Shown one piece after another: positions 38,084 through 52,017 of a stretch of 64,000 nucleotides of DNA; position 1 is the stretch's first letter; every line of letters starts with the position of its first letter. The translations under genes were made by a program, and so were the position numbers. Source of the stretch: Lama glama. Its lineage: Eukaryota. The notes beneath the pieces were generated by a model that had not been told where the DNA came from, did no database searches, and was given only the letters and a program-made list of their open reading frames with translations. The stretch covers positions 24,242,001-24,306,000 of the forward strand of contig CM052845.1 in NCBI GenBank assembly GCA_028534125.1, written 5' to 3'.

Positions 38084-40651
38084 CTGCGGAAAGGGAGACA
38101 GGTGATGGGGGGGCGGCGACCAGCATCTCCTTGCTCTCCACGAATTTTTTAAAAGAATACTGTCAAGTAGTTTGGTCTTGAAACGCCATCTGAAATTGGC
38201 TCTTTGATCTGGCAGAGCTTTGCTGGCTGTTTCGAGTGTGCACGTGTGCTGGGGGAGGGGGGGAGGGCTGTTTGGTTTGGTTTTGCTGGTTAAAAAAAAG
38301 GAAGAAAAACAAACTTTAAAATCGGAGCCCTTCCTTGACATAAAGGAGTCTCTTGCTGCATTTAAAAGTCAGTCCTCGCTTTTATTATAAACACCTGCCG
38401 AGAGCTCTGCAGAAGCCGAGTCTGGAGAAGCCACGTTTGCAAAGTAAACAGTCTGCCCGGGGTTAGCAGGCAGATCGCAGGGAATAGCAGAACCACCCAC
38501 TGGAGACCCCGCCCACCCAGCTTGGCCCCGGACCCTCCCCACCGGCCCTCCTCAGTTCCCCCGGGAGGCCAGCCCAGGGGCTCACAGGCCGTCCGTCCTG
38601 AGGGCCACGGGGAGCCTGCCCAGGACACGGAGAGGCCGTGCCCACTGAACGGACCTGATGAGCCAGTCCCACGACTCGGATGGGGGGACGGCCCACAGAG
38701 GAAGCGGCAGACCCCCGCCCCGCCCTGCCCAGCGGAGGCTAGAGACTAGAAAGACCACTGCCCACCGTGGAGCTGACTCAGCCTGGTCCCGTTAAGCTGG
38801 TGACACTCAGACTGGCCGCTGTGCCCAGAGCTTCCGATGACGTGCTTGGAATTTTATCCTCGTTTCTCACCCTTCGTAAGTCTGACACCTGAGGTGCTAG
38901 CCACTGAGCAACGGATCGTTTACAGAAAACCCATATGGCCACTCAAAGACAAACCAGCACCTTTCTGTCGTCTGCAGCGCTTCCCCACCCGCCAGACGAG
39001 GGCTCTCGACACCTGGCTGCGCGCTCACCTTGCCCTCAGCCTGGCCTCCCTCCACCGGCCTCTTGACCGGTGCTTCTCACCCGGGAAGAACCCACCACGT
39101 GGTTGTGCATTTGTGCAAAGCGGCACCAGGTGAGGGGAACCTGGGGGGCCGAGGTTCAGACCGTGCTTGGCCAGCCAAGCCGTCCAGCCTGAGTGTGTGA
39201 CCGGTGGACGCAGGGGCCGAGCCCTTGGCCGCGCTCAGCACTCCCCGGGCGCAGGCAGCCCCTCCAGGAACCTCCAGCCCAAGTGTTTCTGCAAGTCCTG
39301 GATGACCCCGAGCCTCGGGCGGCCTTCCCAAGCACGTGCACCGAGGCTACCACTCAGCACAGGGAAGATCCACCTCAACTTCTCCAGGTTACACTCGGCA
39401 AAGCTGCCTTTGGATCCCGACTCCTGTATCCCTCCAACCAGAAGTGGCTGCCCTGCTGACCACTCAGACCGCAGCCTGCATTTCCCCGTCTCCACAGCCA
39501 CAGCCATCCCCTCGCTCTGCCCGTGTGCCCTGCCTGTTTGGCCACCAGGCACCCCCCTGTCATTTCCTTCCACACAGTCACCCAGACCCCCCTCCTCCTC
39601 ACCCCAGACCTGGACTCCAAGGCCTCGCTCTGCAGCCTGACCCCGTCCAGGCTCCTCCAAGGGGAGTCAGAGATTAGGGACAGAGGAACGGCCAGGGAGC
39701 CTCCAGGTGAAGCCATAAAGATGCCGGCTTCCAGGGAGTGGGAGCAGCTGCCCGGACCACACAGCGGCCAGGGACACACTCCTCCTGCAGCCCTATTTCT
39801 GCCCAGTCCTCACCGCCTCCCACACGGGCCCATGCCTCCTCCCACCGTCCAATCTGTGCGAATATCCGACCCCTTCTGCTGAGCTGGCCTCCTGCACACG
39901 CCTCCCCCGACGACCCAGCTCTGGGCTCCAGGTGACACCAGTGACCTGCCGCCTCCCTGGCACCACTCCTGACGGGAACGGGCCGACGCTGAGCTGCGGG
40001 AGGTACCGTGCCTCCCGGGGTCTCGCTCCTGCGCTGAGAAGCGTGGAACAAGGCAGGTGACGGCACAGAGGACGCCCCCGAGTGAACACCACTTCAGCTG
40101 CGTGCCCTTCGACGTGTGAGCAAATTCAAACAGCAGCAGGACGGAAGAGCAACTGAAGCACAAGTTACTTGACAGTGTCCTTTTAAAACACACCTCAGAC
40201 ACCGGGCGCCAGCAGCTCTCAGCTCTGGTCTCGGGAGCCCCTCAAAAGCCCAGAGAAACTACCGAGACGCCCAGCGGCTTGGTTGCCCTGGTTTACTCCT
40301 CTCTGTTCACTGTGTAAGGAGCTAAAACTGAGAAAAATACTGAGCATTTTTATTAATACTCATTTAAAAAGTAATAAACCTATTGCATTTTACCTCAGGT
40401 AAAAAACTTACGAAAAATCACTGTATTTTCCAAAACAACAAAAAAGTGCATCATTTTGCATTTGGGAGGGATCTGCGCAGACGGCAGACCCTGTGCCCAG
40501 CAGATGTGGTGTCGCCACACGCGGGAGGACGGGAGAGACAGAGGCCAAGGGTGCCCCGGGGTGGAGGGGGACCCGCCGCCCGGCCGGGGGCCCCAGGGTT
40601 CCCTGGGCCGCGCCGTGAGAACCACCGCCCGGGAGGAGGGGGCCACGCTAC

Positions 40652-40768
40652 CTTCCGCTCCTGCCTCTGCTTTAGCTGCTGCATCTCTACCGCTCCCACC
40701 GTGTTTGCCATCAAGGCTCGCATCTTTCTCTCATAGTGCTCCTTTAAGCGGGTTAGGTCACAGGAGAG
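40652..40768 (-). CDS. ARHGEF10: Exon 9 (LSCDLTRLKEHYERKMRALMANTVGAVEMQQLKQRQERK)
   Basis: ctctgtag| acceptor, GAAG|gtagcg donor, 117 nt. Confidence 0.94.
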
Positions 40769-42831
40769 CTACAGAGAGACACGGTCTTTCACAAACACGC
40801 TCTTCCCGGCAGGCACTTCCAGACGGTCTTACATCGCAGGGGCTCCAGCAGCGTCTGGGGAGCGGTGCTCAGACCCCAGGCCTCCGCCCAGGGCCCTGGG
40901 AGCCACGTGCCACAGAGACCCCGCATCCAGCCCACCAGCCCTCGAGAACAAACGCAGAGGTAAGTCACACGAATCATCGACAGGCGGACGCGGCTCCAGT
41001 TGGCCAGACTGGAGACTCCCACGCCAAGCAAGAGTGAGAAATGCAGGAGCAATCTGTGCACCGCCGTGCCTTCAGACTTCAGGGACATTAAAGATCAAAT
41101 GCACAAGATATGCATAAAATTACTCCTTTAAGTCAGCACCAGAGCAAAAGAAACCTGAGTTCCAGGCTGCGCTGACGGGGGCATAAGCAGGGGCTGAAGA
41201 TCCTGAAGTCTCCAGACTGGCCTACTTTCCTGCAGCCCCCCCGGGGGGGGAAATCCTTGCGCTGCTCCCTCCCTAGATCACTGCCACCGTCTCAAGGATG
41301 CGAACCGAGGCCCCACCGCTCCCCAGGGCACGCTCCCGCCTCCGCCCCGACAAGGACAGCTCGGCAACTCTTGACAAAAATCTGGGGCTGCTGGTGAGGC
41401 GACTCTTCAACTAGGCAGAGTGCTGTTTCAGCAGGTTTTGGAAAGGGGCTTTTACACTAGGACACTTGGGTCCCTGGCCCCAGGACCTGCCCCACAAGGA
41501 GGGACCAGAGGCTGCCCTGGGGGGTCCTCTGTGCTCGCGCCGCTCTGGGCAGGCCCTCCCGCACCTGCCACCCCTGCCCTGTCCCCTCGGCCCTGCTGGT
41601 GGTGCGTCTGGGGACTCGGGTCCCGGTGGGCGGCCAGGAGGGCAGAGTCTCTGCTCAGTCACGGCGCCTGCGGCTCGGGACTATCGCCCGACGCAGCCCA
41701 GCCTCTGTGTGACCCACCAGGCTCACCAAGGACGAAGGTCAGGGGGGTTTCACCCTCTCCCCAGTACACCACCAGGGACGCATCCTGCTGAAATGAGACC
41801 CCAGCGCCACAGTGAAAGTCTCAGTTTCAACCTGGAGCGCTGGCGCAGCTGCCTCCCTGGCTGTTGGCTCAGCCACACATGTCGCCTGTAGCTTCGCTGG
41901 CTGCTCACGTCCCAGTGGCAGTAGCTCTGGTGACAGAAGAGAGCTGAGTTCCTGGAGGAAGCTTGTTAATAACACGGGTGCTCTGGGCTGGCTACCCTGA
42001 ACTGGCAGGTTCTCCTTGAGTTTCATGAAACAAGATTCCAGAAGAGAGGACACCGAGCACCTGTAACAACCTGTCAGCCACCGACGTGGAAACGGCGTCC
42101 GGGAACACGGAGTCCGGCCTGGGCTACGGGCAGGTGGAGGGGTGGTGCCCGCTGACCCTGTCGGGCTGGCGGCCTCCATCCACGTGGGGCCTGCACCTCA
42201 GCCCCACGCCAGGCACACGAAGCCAACAGGACTGCGGGCCGCAGCAGAGACCACCTTTCACAGACGGCCGAGCGCCCCCGAGCCCAGGCCCCTGGGAAGA
42301 CAGCCCTCGGCAAAGCCGCTCTCATGGCCCCAGCCGACACCAGCAGCCCTGGGAACACTCCTTCCGGACCCTCGCCTCAGGAGGTTCTCTCCCTCACCCT
42401 TCAAGGAAGGATAACCTGGGACAGCCCGGCAGCTTTTGTCCTAAAACACCCTTTTGTGACATATTCTATTTTCTATCTTCCTATTTGTGTGAAGGCTGAG
42501 GTTCAAAGCACCCGCTAACGCAGTGGGGCCCATGCACATGGCATGCAGGGCCAGGGTGTCCTGTGTGCACGAGACAGACCCTCAGGGACGGCCACTGCCT
42601 TAGGTTATTCAAGACGGCGAGCGCTTAGGACCTTGAGTAACTTGGTTTGTAAAACTTAGCTCTCCCGTCCCGCCAGGCTTACACTGTATGAAAGAGAAGC
42701 GTCTTCTCCTCTGCCAGTGTCCCGCGCTCCCCTCAGACCACGTACACCCTCTTAAACGCAGCTCAACACCCCGTGGGCCAAAGCCACGCTTCCTGGAGCG
42801 CCAGACCGGGGCACGCACGCAGCGCACGCAC

Positions 42832-42995
42832 CTGCTTCCTGTGGCCACCGCGCAGGAAGGGGCGGGGGGGCCCGTCTCTGCTCTCGCAGTCGCTCTGCTC
42901 CCCGTAGCTCTCGAACTCGCTGGAGCTCCAGCCGCACTCCAGGGAGCTGTCCCCGCCCTCGGCTCCGTCCTCCACGTCATCGTAAATCATCTCGT
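42832..42995 (-). CDS. ARHGEF10: Exon 8 (DEMIYDDVED...GWSSSEFESY...HRKQ)
   Basis: gcccccag| acceptor, GCAG|gtgcgt donor, 164 nt. Confidence 0.95.
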
Positions 42996-44654
42996 CTGGG
43001 GGCACAAACGCCAAGATGCCGCTGAGAAGGCAGCCCTGCAGCTCTCACCTCGCGCACGCCCGTCCCTGCACCGCGGGAGCCGTGGGAGTGGGGCCACGGG
43101 CCCGACGGAGCCCGAGGACCCCCGGTCCATGAGAACCCACCACAGCGCCACCAAACTCCCGCACACAGGGAACTTCCAACGAGGGAAGAGTTAGACAAAC
43201 GTATGGAACATAAACAGGACAGACAGACGGACAGAGGGACAGACGGTGAAGTCTGAATATGAGAAGCTCGTGGCAGATGCCCGGGAATTCTCTTCTGTGC
43301 TAAAAAGAGCCTAATGCGCTTACAGCCTGCGACTGTGTTCAGACGTGCGGTCACCTCGGTCCTCTAGGGTCAGTGACGAGCACTCCTGTTTCTGTCACCA
43401 AACACTGTGACGAAGGCCCTGCCCGCGCAGGGGACATGCTGCGTCTCCCCAGAGCAGCCCTCACCTGTGGCAGGGGCACCACTCCCGGTGGCGTCTGGTT
43501 CTGAGACCCCAGACCTCCCCTTCTGTGCCGGGAAAGGCCGACCTGGGAGGATGAATTGCTGGAACACGCTCCTCAGGCCTGGTCATGCAGACCAGCCCGG
43601 GGCCCCACCTTACACGCAACATGTATTTAAATGTCCTCCAGGAGCGTCCTTATCTAAGGACCTCGGAGGTTTGTCTGTAAAGAGACCCAGACGCACGGGC
43701 TGGTCCCCACGGGAGGCCCTCGAGGGGAGGACTCGCCAGCTGAGGCTGGAACAGCGCTGGGCTCGTGGCAGCATCCAGAGCACTCGTGGAAGGACTCAAG
43801 GAAGCCGTGTGGGTCACCTGTGGATCTTAGGGACGTGCGCTCCAACCGCTGAGGAAGCTTCCTTCCGCCAGGGGCTTCCAACGTGGAAGGCCACCGAACC
43901 CTGCCACGGGCCTTCCAGGCACGTGCAGACTGAGGCCTGGTCCTGCCAGAAACGACAGCTGCGACCCAGCCAACGTTTAAGGAGCCCTGGACCCCACAGA
44001 CGGTCTCGGGGGTGAGGGTGGGCCTCGGCTTGTCTGCTGGGACATTATGGGATGTGACTGCTAACACGTCTCTCGGGGTGCTTAGCTTCACACCTCTGGG
44101 GCGAAAGGGCTCCATGCAGGCTGGGCCAGAGGGCGCGGTGTCCCTGCTCACCGCTCTCGCCTGATCACCACGCTCAGCGTCCTTCCCCATGGAACACGGC
44201 CAGGGAGAGGTCAGTCTCTCCAGCCCATCTGTCGCTGCCCCTGACTCCCTCTCCGTGAAGGACAGCACTTCAGCTGCGTGCGGGAGTCTAGGCCGGGGCA
44301 CTGTCCCCCTCAGCACGTGGCCCTGCTCCGTCGAGAAGTCGGCTGTCCCTTCGAACCGCGCTGACCACGCTCTCCCCTGTTCCTCCTGAGATGTCCACGT
44401 GGGCTGTGCCCGGCCGTCCGAACTGCCCGAGCCTCGGCGCCGACGGGCACCTCAGCCTGCTGTGAATTCCTGCTCCTACAGTCCAAAAACTCGCGCCTTT
44501 AACTCCAGAGGAGTCTAGTCACGAGACACTGCACACGCACGAGACGTGCCTGCACGACACGCGGGCGCCGGGCGCAGACGCGCGCACGTCCACACCCAGA
44601 GGGAAAGGCTGCCGAACCGAGTCTCGTAAGACTCAGATCTGGACAAAAGCAAAC

Positions 44655-44711
44655 CTGGCTCCGAGTCTGAGTTTTCTCTGGGCACGTCATCGTAGATGGC
44701 TTCTTCCGGAT
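44655..44711 (-). CDS. ARHGEF10: Exon 7 (NPEEAIYDDVPRENSDSEP)
   Basis: cgttccag| acceptor, CCAG|gtttgc donor, 57 nt. Confidence 0.93.
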
Positions 44712-46659
44712 CTGGAACGAAAGGAAGGAGACTTCAAGCACTGGCCGAGCCCCGCGTCAGACGGGCCCATGGCCACGCGGCACGGCGCTGGTCAGGAAGT
44801 CAGTCTGTAAGGGTGGCTGGTGGCTGGCGGTGCCCACCAGAGGGGAAGAAAGATTTTTAGGGCAGAACTTTTTCTTGGGACGGAAGCTCCGCGCTGTGAG
44901 CGGAGCACTTGTGAAACGTCACCAGCAGGGAGTTTCCCGCTTTCCAGGCCAAGCTCTTTCACTGTTTCGCGTTCAACCACAAATCCCCACATGGCTCTTT
45001 ATAAACATTGTTAAGCCAGTGAAGTGAACGCACACAAACAATGCAAAGGTGGCGTGCCCGAAAAAGAGGGACGGCTTCACAGCCGCCCGTGGAAACAGAC
45101 CAAAGGCCTCCCCTCGCGTTGGTTTCTCTCCCCAGTTTGCTATCGGTGATCCCATGTGAATAACATGTTTATCCTCTTCCTTATGGGGAACGATTTCCGC
45201 AGTCAAGTCCGAGAGCACAGCCAGCCAGCCAGCCCGCCCCACCCTGGCCCCTCCGCGCACATCCCAACAGCAGGTCGCCTCCTCTGTCCCCGGGGCCGCC
45301 TCACCTCCCCTCTCCCCGCAAAGCGCCCTCCGTGACCACCAGTCCTCACCGGACAAGCTCTGGCCCGGGGATTAACCAGGGACATCACGTCTGGCTGAGA
45401 GGGGACACGGGTGCCCAGCCGCACAACGTGGATGAGAGGCAGCCACGCGCGAGCAGAAAAACGTTGAACTTTTAGGACAAAATCTCTCAAACTCTATTAT
45501 GCGGGACATTAGTGTCCAAGGAAACTGTAATGTGTTTTCTTTTTTTAAAAAAAAAAAAAAGTAGGGCTCCTCCCTGGGTGGGTGCTCCGTGTGCCTGCAT
45601 TAGACGGTCCCGCGGGAGAGCAGCAGGGTTTGTGATTCATTTAGACACTTTCCCCGGGCTTCACAGGGAAACCAACCCAACCACAGGCCCCCCACCCTGA
45701 AACCACAGAGGGAACCGGTGACAAAGCAACACGAGACAGAACGAGGCTCACACAGCCTCCCTCTCCCCGGAAGTGGAGACACCGTCCCTGTCCCCACGCT
45801 CCCCGGGTGAGCAGCCTAACTCTGCTGCTGCCAAGCTCCCGTGTCACAGACGCCGTCCTGCAATAATGTGTGTTAACTGCACCCCAGGAAGCGTCCCTGC
45901 TCCCGTGAGCACGTGAGGGGCTGCTGGTGCACAGGGGGCACCTTCCAGTAAGCCACCCCGAGAGCAAGGCCGAGTCACGGGCGAAAGCTGGCAGATTCCA
46001 CTCGGGAAATAAACCTGGAGGGGCCGGTGGGAGGGAGCTTTAACCCTGCAACGATCCAGGGCCAACGGCCCCCAGCAGGCGTCACTGATGCTAAGTTCTT
46101 CATTCTGACGATGTCACAATTAAAGCCAGAAGGAAACGTTCCAGGAGAGAGTTTAATAATTAGCAGACAGTGAGGGCGGTTCCACCTTGTAAGCCAATCA
46201 TTCAAAACAACCTCACAGGAATCAGTGAGCCAGTGGATAATGAAGGGGGTAATTTAAAAAGCAGTATTTTTTTTAAAAAACAAACAAACCTAGCTAAAAA
46301 TAGTTCTGCTCTCTAAACCACACGTGCAGCAGGCCGGCTGAGCCATCTGGTCGGTCGGCTGGTTTAACGCCCCCCACCCCGCAACGTGGCACCACGAGAA
46401 AGCGCCTCACTGGGGGCCCCGGGGAGGCGAGCTGCTACTGCCCCAGCCTCCGCATGTCTGACGGGCCCCGGCACCTGGGCCAGAGGAAGCCGTCAGGGAG
46501 GGGCACGTCCGGAGACGAGCCGGGGGCTCCGCGGGGCCCGGGGGCACCCTCACAGGCACGCTCAGTCCGGCAGGCAAACGGCGCAGCCCGCAGGTCTCGG
46601 CCCTGATGTGCGGCAGAGAATCACCGCAGAGCCCGGCACACGCTGGCCCGGGTACTCAC

Positions 46660-46736
46660 TCTCCATCCAGGCTGTGTTGTCTGGGTCTGCAACCCAGCGG
46701 GCGAGCGCGCTCTCCTCCCTGTGGGCCGGATCTCCG
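46660..46736 (-). CDS. ARHGEF10: Exon 6 (GDPAHREESALARWVADPDNTAWME)
   Basis: ttccttgaag| acceptor, GAGA|gtgagt donor, 77 nt. Confidence 0.93.
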
Positions 46737-48689
46737 CTTCAAGGAAACACAGCAAACAAGTGTCAGACACTGAGACTCCCCCAGCGTCATCGAGGCCCCC
46801 AGCCCACTGCACCCGGCTCAGGCACCCTCCGGGGGCCTCACGGGAGCGCGAGTTCGAGGTCATGACTGTTCACAAGTGGGCACATGCACTGCAGGACCGG
46901 CAGAAATGCAGTCCCTGCTCCAAGAGGCTGGACCCTCCTGCTTCCCACGACCTCGGGGCGGGTCCGCGGTGCCCCACGCAACACCGGGCTGTGGACGGAG
47001 ACACCCGAGGGAGAGCCGGGCCCCAAGGCGCAGTGGCGGGTCAGCAGGGGAGACACAGGCCGCCATGAATAAATGCTCACCCGCGAGGGCCTCGGGGCCG
47101 TGGCACAGGACCGCGCACTGTTGGGACCTGGGAGGGAGGCTGCTGGGGTGATTTGTGGGGAAGAGTGAAGAGACAGTAGGACCACCAGCCACACGGCGCC
47201 TGTGAGCAGCACGATGCTGCGGACATGCAGGCAGCATGGTGCGCACCTGGCGAGCGTGCAGGCCCGGGGGCGCTTGGCGGGAAAGCGGGATGGGGAGGAG
47301 GAGAGACTGGGCCAGGGCACCGCCCGGAGACAAACACAGAAGCTCTGAGAACCCTGCACGTGGGAAAGTCACTAACAGCGAGTTTCGTGACTACAAGGCG
47401 ATACCTCCGGGGTGAGGGACAGAGCTGCCACTGTCTGCAGCTTTACTGTTTTTGCTGGAAGTTCTAAAAAGCAGCGAAATGCCTGTAAGAGCTCGGGGTG
47501 AGAGGCAAGAGCCGAGGGCCAGAGGGCGCCTGGGGGCAGACGCCCCCCGAGCTTAGCCGAGCTTTACCACATTGAGAAAGGAGCGTTCCTGCACTTTTCA
47601 AGTGGGGAACTACATCAAAATAAAGTTATCCAAAAACGAGAAAATCTGAATCAAACGTGAATGGTCTTTTAAATTATTCCTCAATGCTCCCATGTGTTTA
47701 AAAAATTTCCCACTTTTGCAAGTCGCTTGAGGGTTACCAGTGTCACTTCATTTTATATTTTCTCTTCTAAAAAAAATCACCATTTCAATGGGTATATTTT
47801 TCACAATAAACTTTAGATTACCAGTGACAACGTTCCATCTACTCATCTTTAATTACGTACAGAACTGGAATCTCCAAAAGAGGCAGGTCTAGTTTGCGCG
47901 ATAATTCTGTGTGGGAACCAGGGAGAAGACGCTGGTCAAGCTGCTCCTCCTCGGCGCTCACACGAGGTGCACTTCGTGCCGTGAAAAGGCCGGCAAAGTG
48001 GGTGTAAGAACAAGACAGGGCGGGGGCCTCACGGCTGCATACCTCGGACGCCCGAGCCTGATCAGTGGTCGCGGTCACCTGGCAGCCACGTGTGTGGTGC
48101 TGGGGACACAGGCAGCCCAGGAGCCCTCAGCCACACTGCATGCGGGGGAGCCAGCAGGTGCCCCCCACCCCACACCGTGGGTGGAGCGCAGATCACCTCC
48201 CCCTGGGAGGAGGTGGCCGTCAGGGAGGTGCCCGTCTCGGCAGAGAGAGAAGCATGGGGGGGCTGCTGGGAGGGGCTGTGGGAGCGGCGGACTCGGCCCA
48301 GGAGGGTGAAAGCAAAGAGGGTAACGGGCTGGATCTGTGCTCCAGGAAAAGGCCTCGACCCCTGCTTACTCAGAAGCCGTGACGCGACCTAATCCTGCAG
48401 CCCAGGGCAGCCCTGCTGCTACCGGCGCTCGTGAGGCCACACTCCCACCTCGCAGGACAGTGACCGCTGCGTGGGACTAGCCACTCACTCCCGCGATTAC
48501 CAGCGAGCATCCCCTGCCCCGCCGACACCGCGAGAACCGTGTCCCTGCTGCTTTCACTCTGGCGCCGAGCGCACGACAGGCACTCAGGAAACGCCGGCAA
48601 ACGGCGAGCGACAATAAACACACTCCCCTGCGCCACACACACCACCACACCGAGACCCGGTACCACCTAATCAGACGAGGGAGACCCCA

Positions 48690-50140
48690 AACCAAAACAG
48701 GTTACAGAAGACAGCGGAGGACGTGACACTCGTGAAAGGTTCAACGCAGCAGGAAGACGTGACAGTTATCAACGTGCACGTGACCATCAAAGGGGCCCCA
48801 AAACACACGAAGCAAAACCGGGCAGGCAGGCGGCTTCGCGGCCGTCACGGAGCCGCCGGCGCAGCACTCGCAGCCGCGGACAGAACCAGGCCGGAGCTCA
48901 ACGTGCAAACAGGACGTGAACAGAACTACGGATCACGGTCCCCCGCCTTAAGAGCTACAGCTGTGAACGCCTAGAAGAAAGACCAGCAGAAAAGCTTCGG
49001 GACACGAGGTTTGTCAATGACTTCCTGGATACGACACCAGAGGCACAGGCGACAACGTGGAAACACAGATAAAACTGAACTTGAGCAAAACTAGAAATTT
49101 TCGTGCATCCAAGGACACTATCAAGAGAGTGAAGACAACCCACAGAACGGCAGGAAATGTTCCAGAACCGCGTGTCTGATGAGGGGTTAACACCAAGACT
49201 ATATAAAGAACGCCTACAACCCAACAACAACCATAAACTCCAGTTCAGAAACGGGCTAAGGGATCTGAGTAACGTTTCTCCCAGAAAGACACTCAAGCGG
49301 CCGAGAAGCACGTGAAAAGACAGGCGTTCACCACCTTCAGTCAGCAAGGGGATGCAAATCAAAACCACAGAGCACCTCGCGCACACCGGAGGCCAAGGGT
49401 TTCCAAGGCGGAAAGTAAGTGTGGTGAGCTCACAGGGGAACTGGAACCCGTCCACAGCTGGTGGGAGCGGAAAATCGTGCAGCCTCCGAGAAACACTCTG
49501 GCTGATGCTCAAAAAGTTACACACAGGATTGACCTGTGACCCAGCAATTCTACTCCCAGATGCAGCCAAGGGAGCTGAGATACCTGCACACCAATGCTCA
49601 CAGCAGCATCACCCACAGGGGCCTAAAGGTGGAAATGACCCACGAGTCCATCGACAGATGAGCTGGCACACACAACGTGGTCTGTACTTAGAGCAGAGTA
49701 TCATCGAGCCTTAAAAAGGAAGGAGACCCAGCACGTGCTACAACACGGATGCAAATGAAACAAGCCAGACATGAAGGGCAAGCACGCTGTGACTCTGGCG
49801 CAGGAGGCCCCTCGACCAGGCAAATTCAGAGACAGAGGCGGAGCAGAGGTCAGAGTGGGCAGCGTTGGCGGTGGGTTACTGGACTGTGGGGAGGGTTTTG
49901 TTCAGGATGATGAGAAAGTTTCCAAAGGAGACGGTGGTGATGGTTATACAACACGTAAATGTATTTGAGGTCACTGAATTCTACAGTTAAAAATGGTTGT
50001 GGCAAATTGTATGGTATATTTTTAAACCACTGTTTAACAATGAACAATGCAATATACCAAAAACCACAGGGTGGTACACTTTAAATGGGTGAAACGTAGT
50101 GTGGTGTGTGAATTATGACTCAAAACGGCTGCTTAAAAAC
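48690..50140 (+). mobile_element. Decayed LINE-1 pieces (ORF2 fragments + 3'UTR); boundaries approximate
   Basis: caggaagacgtgacagttatcaacgtg (EN-like); tttcgtgcatccaaggacactatcaagagagtgaagacaacccacagaa; atgcaaatcaaaaccaca; gatgatgagaaagtttc..atggttatacaac. Confidence 0.8.
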
Positions 50141-50159
50141 AAAAACAAATGCACCTACC

Positions 50160-50480
50160 CTGCACCAAGAACACTGCCAGGCTAGGTGGTAGATGTTCTA
50201 AGACTTGGTAAAACCTGGTCTTTGTCTTTGAAGAATTCACAGTCTAGTAGCAGAAAGGGACACAGGAGACAACAGTGAGAGCAAAAAGCAGTTAATTATA
50301 ACAAGGTGTGTGCACCGCTTTAGAAGCACGGAGCAGGAAATTTTATGAGAGGAGACATTTAAGCTGGGTTTTGCAGGGTAAGTAGGAGTCTGCCTGGGGG
50401 GAGGGGATTTTCCTGGGCACTTCAAGCAGTGGAAATAGCACTTGTGAAGGCAAGCAGCATGAAAGAAAGGCCTACAATCA
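50160..50480 (-). mobile_element. Possible L2 fragment
   Basis: ctttgaagaattcacagtctagtag...gctgggttttgcagggtaagtaggagt resembles an antisense L2 3' region. Confidence 0.45.
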
Positions 50481-50874
50481 AACCAGTTTCAAGGATTCTA
50501 GACGAAAGGCGGGCTAGAGAAAATTAAAAACCCCTTCTCCCCGACAAGACTGAGAGCCATCACCACGTTAAGCAGACTGAGCACCTGCAATGGGGAGACG
50601 GGGGTCGCATCAACCAGCTCCACCAGGCGTGGACTCACAGGTTCTCTTTATCCACAAAGAGTAATGTTAACGTCTTAGGAGTCCTGGTGCTCAGGGTGAC
50701 CCAACCAGGGGTCCCCGGCGAGAGGGCAGTGGGCTGGAGGACACAAGGCTGGGGGCGGGGAGGGGCCCGGCAGTCGGAGGCTGAGGGAGGGCGGGGGCCC
50801 CTCAGAATCCCTGACTCAACGTCTGAGGAAAAGGTCAGGGGCTCAAAACATCTGCATAAAGTCAGTGAAGGTAC

Positions 50875-50938
50875 CTGTTTGCTGGATCCTCAGAACCTAA
50901 GGAGTTAAACTGGTTGTCTTCCGCTGCTTCCTGTGTCT
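50875..50938 (-). CDS. ARHGEF10: Exon 5 (ETQEAAEDNQFNSLGSEDPANS)
   Basis: Long pyrimidine tract ctttctctctttcccggcag|, donor ACAG|gtacct, 64 nt; similar to human ETPEVTEDRQPNSLSSEEPPTS. Missed by the ORF track. Confidence 0.9.
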
Positions 50939-51569
50939 CTGCCGGGAAAGAGAGAAAGTTCAGCAAAGAAAGTTCCTGTTGATTTACACCTGAAAGGGGT
51001 GTTCAGGAAGCTGCCTTTTATCCTTAAAACGGTTTCAAGTTTTCCTTATCAACGGGAGGCTTATCTTACTGTAAAGATGGTCGACTGGTAGATTCAAGGT
51101 CTTTAGCTTTTAGATAAACCATATTCAAATAGGATTACAAGGAAGAGTGGCGTCCCAAGATCTAACCAAACAGAGATAAAACAGTGCCCAAATAAATCAA
51201 GACAGAATTAAAAAGAAACACCACACTTATCTCCTGTTTCTTAAGTTTTCATGGGCATTTACAGCTGTGATCTATCTGCTATCACGGCTATATGACAACC
51301 TCAAATGATGCTCAGGGGAGAAGCACTGAAGTTGGTGATATCTGACAAAGTTCTTTTTTCTCAATTGTTTCTAGCTGGGAAGGGAAGAGCCCCTTTACTG
51401 AGGTTTCACACAAACTGTGACCGTGCGGCTGAGGGGCCTCTGTCCTCAGGTGTAACTCCCAGCGGTCAGGACTGCCTCAGCGTGAGGTCCGGCTGCCCTC
51501 CCGGTCCCAGGACTGCAGTGGGCGAAGGTGGCTGCCCACAGGCCTCAGCCAGCCTGCACTCTCAGCTCA

Positions 51570-51870
51570 GTCTGCCCTGGCGGCTCCAACAAAATACCAC
51601 AGCCCGGGCGGCTGGAGAACAACAGACGTCTGGCCCTGGCAGCCTGGGGGCCGACGTCCAGGACCAAGGTGCCGGAAGGCTCAGGGTCTGGTGAGGCCCC
51701 TCCGGGTCCACAGACGGCGTCTTCTCCCTGTGTCCTCACCTGGAGGAGGGGCTGGGGCTCTTCCACCAGGACACTAAACCCACGCAGGGAGGGAGTCCAT
51801 CCTCATGACCTCACCTCCTGACACCATCACCTTGAAGGTTGGGTTTCAACAAGTGAGTTTTGGGGAGACA
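51570..51870 (-). mobile_element. MLT1-type (MaLR) LTR fragment
   Basis: caaaataccacagc...gtccaggaccaaggtgccgg...tctggtgagg...accatcaccttg...gtttcaaca..tgagttttgggg. Confidence 0.75.
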
Positions 51871-52017
51871 GGGGTAACGTGACATATAACACACTCCAGC
51901 AACACATGCTGCATCAAGACACCACAACGGTGACCCTTCCCTTGGCAGTGCTCCTGTGGCCAAGGCCCGAGAATCCGGGAGCACGCGGTGTGGCCGGGCC
52001 TGGCGGGGCAGCACTAC

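Noticed and set aside
48043-48078. 36-nt cassette exon (cag|GTGACC...GAG|gtatgc)
   Set aside because: No polypyrimidine tract, no homology, and in the intron's phase 2 it gives an immediate TGA; likely chance.
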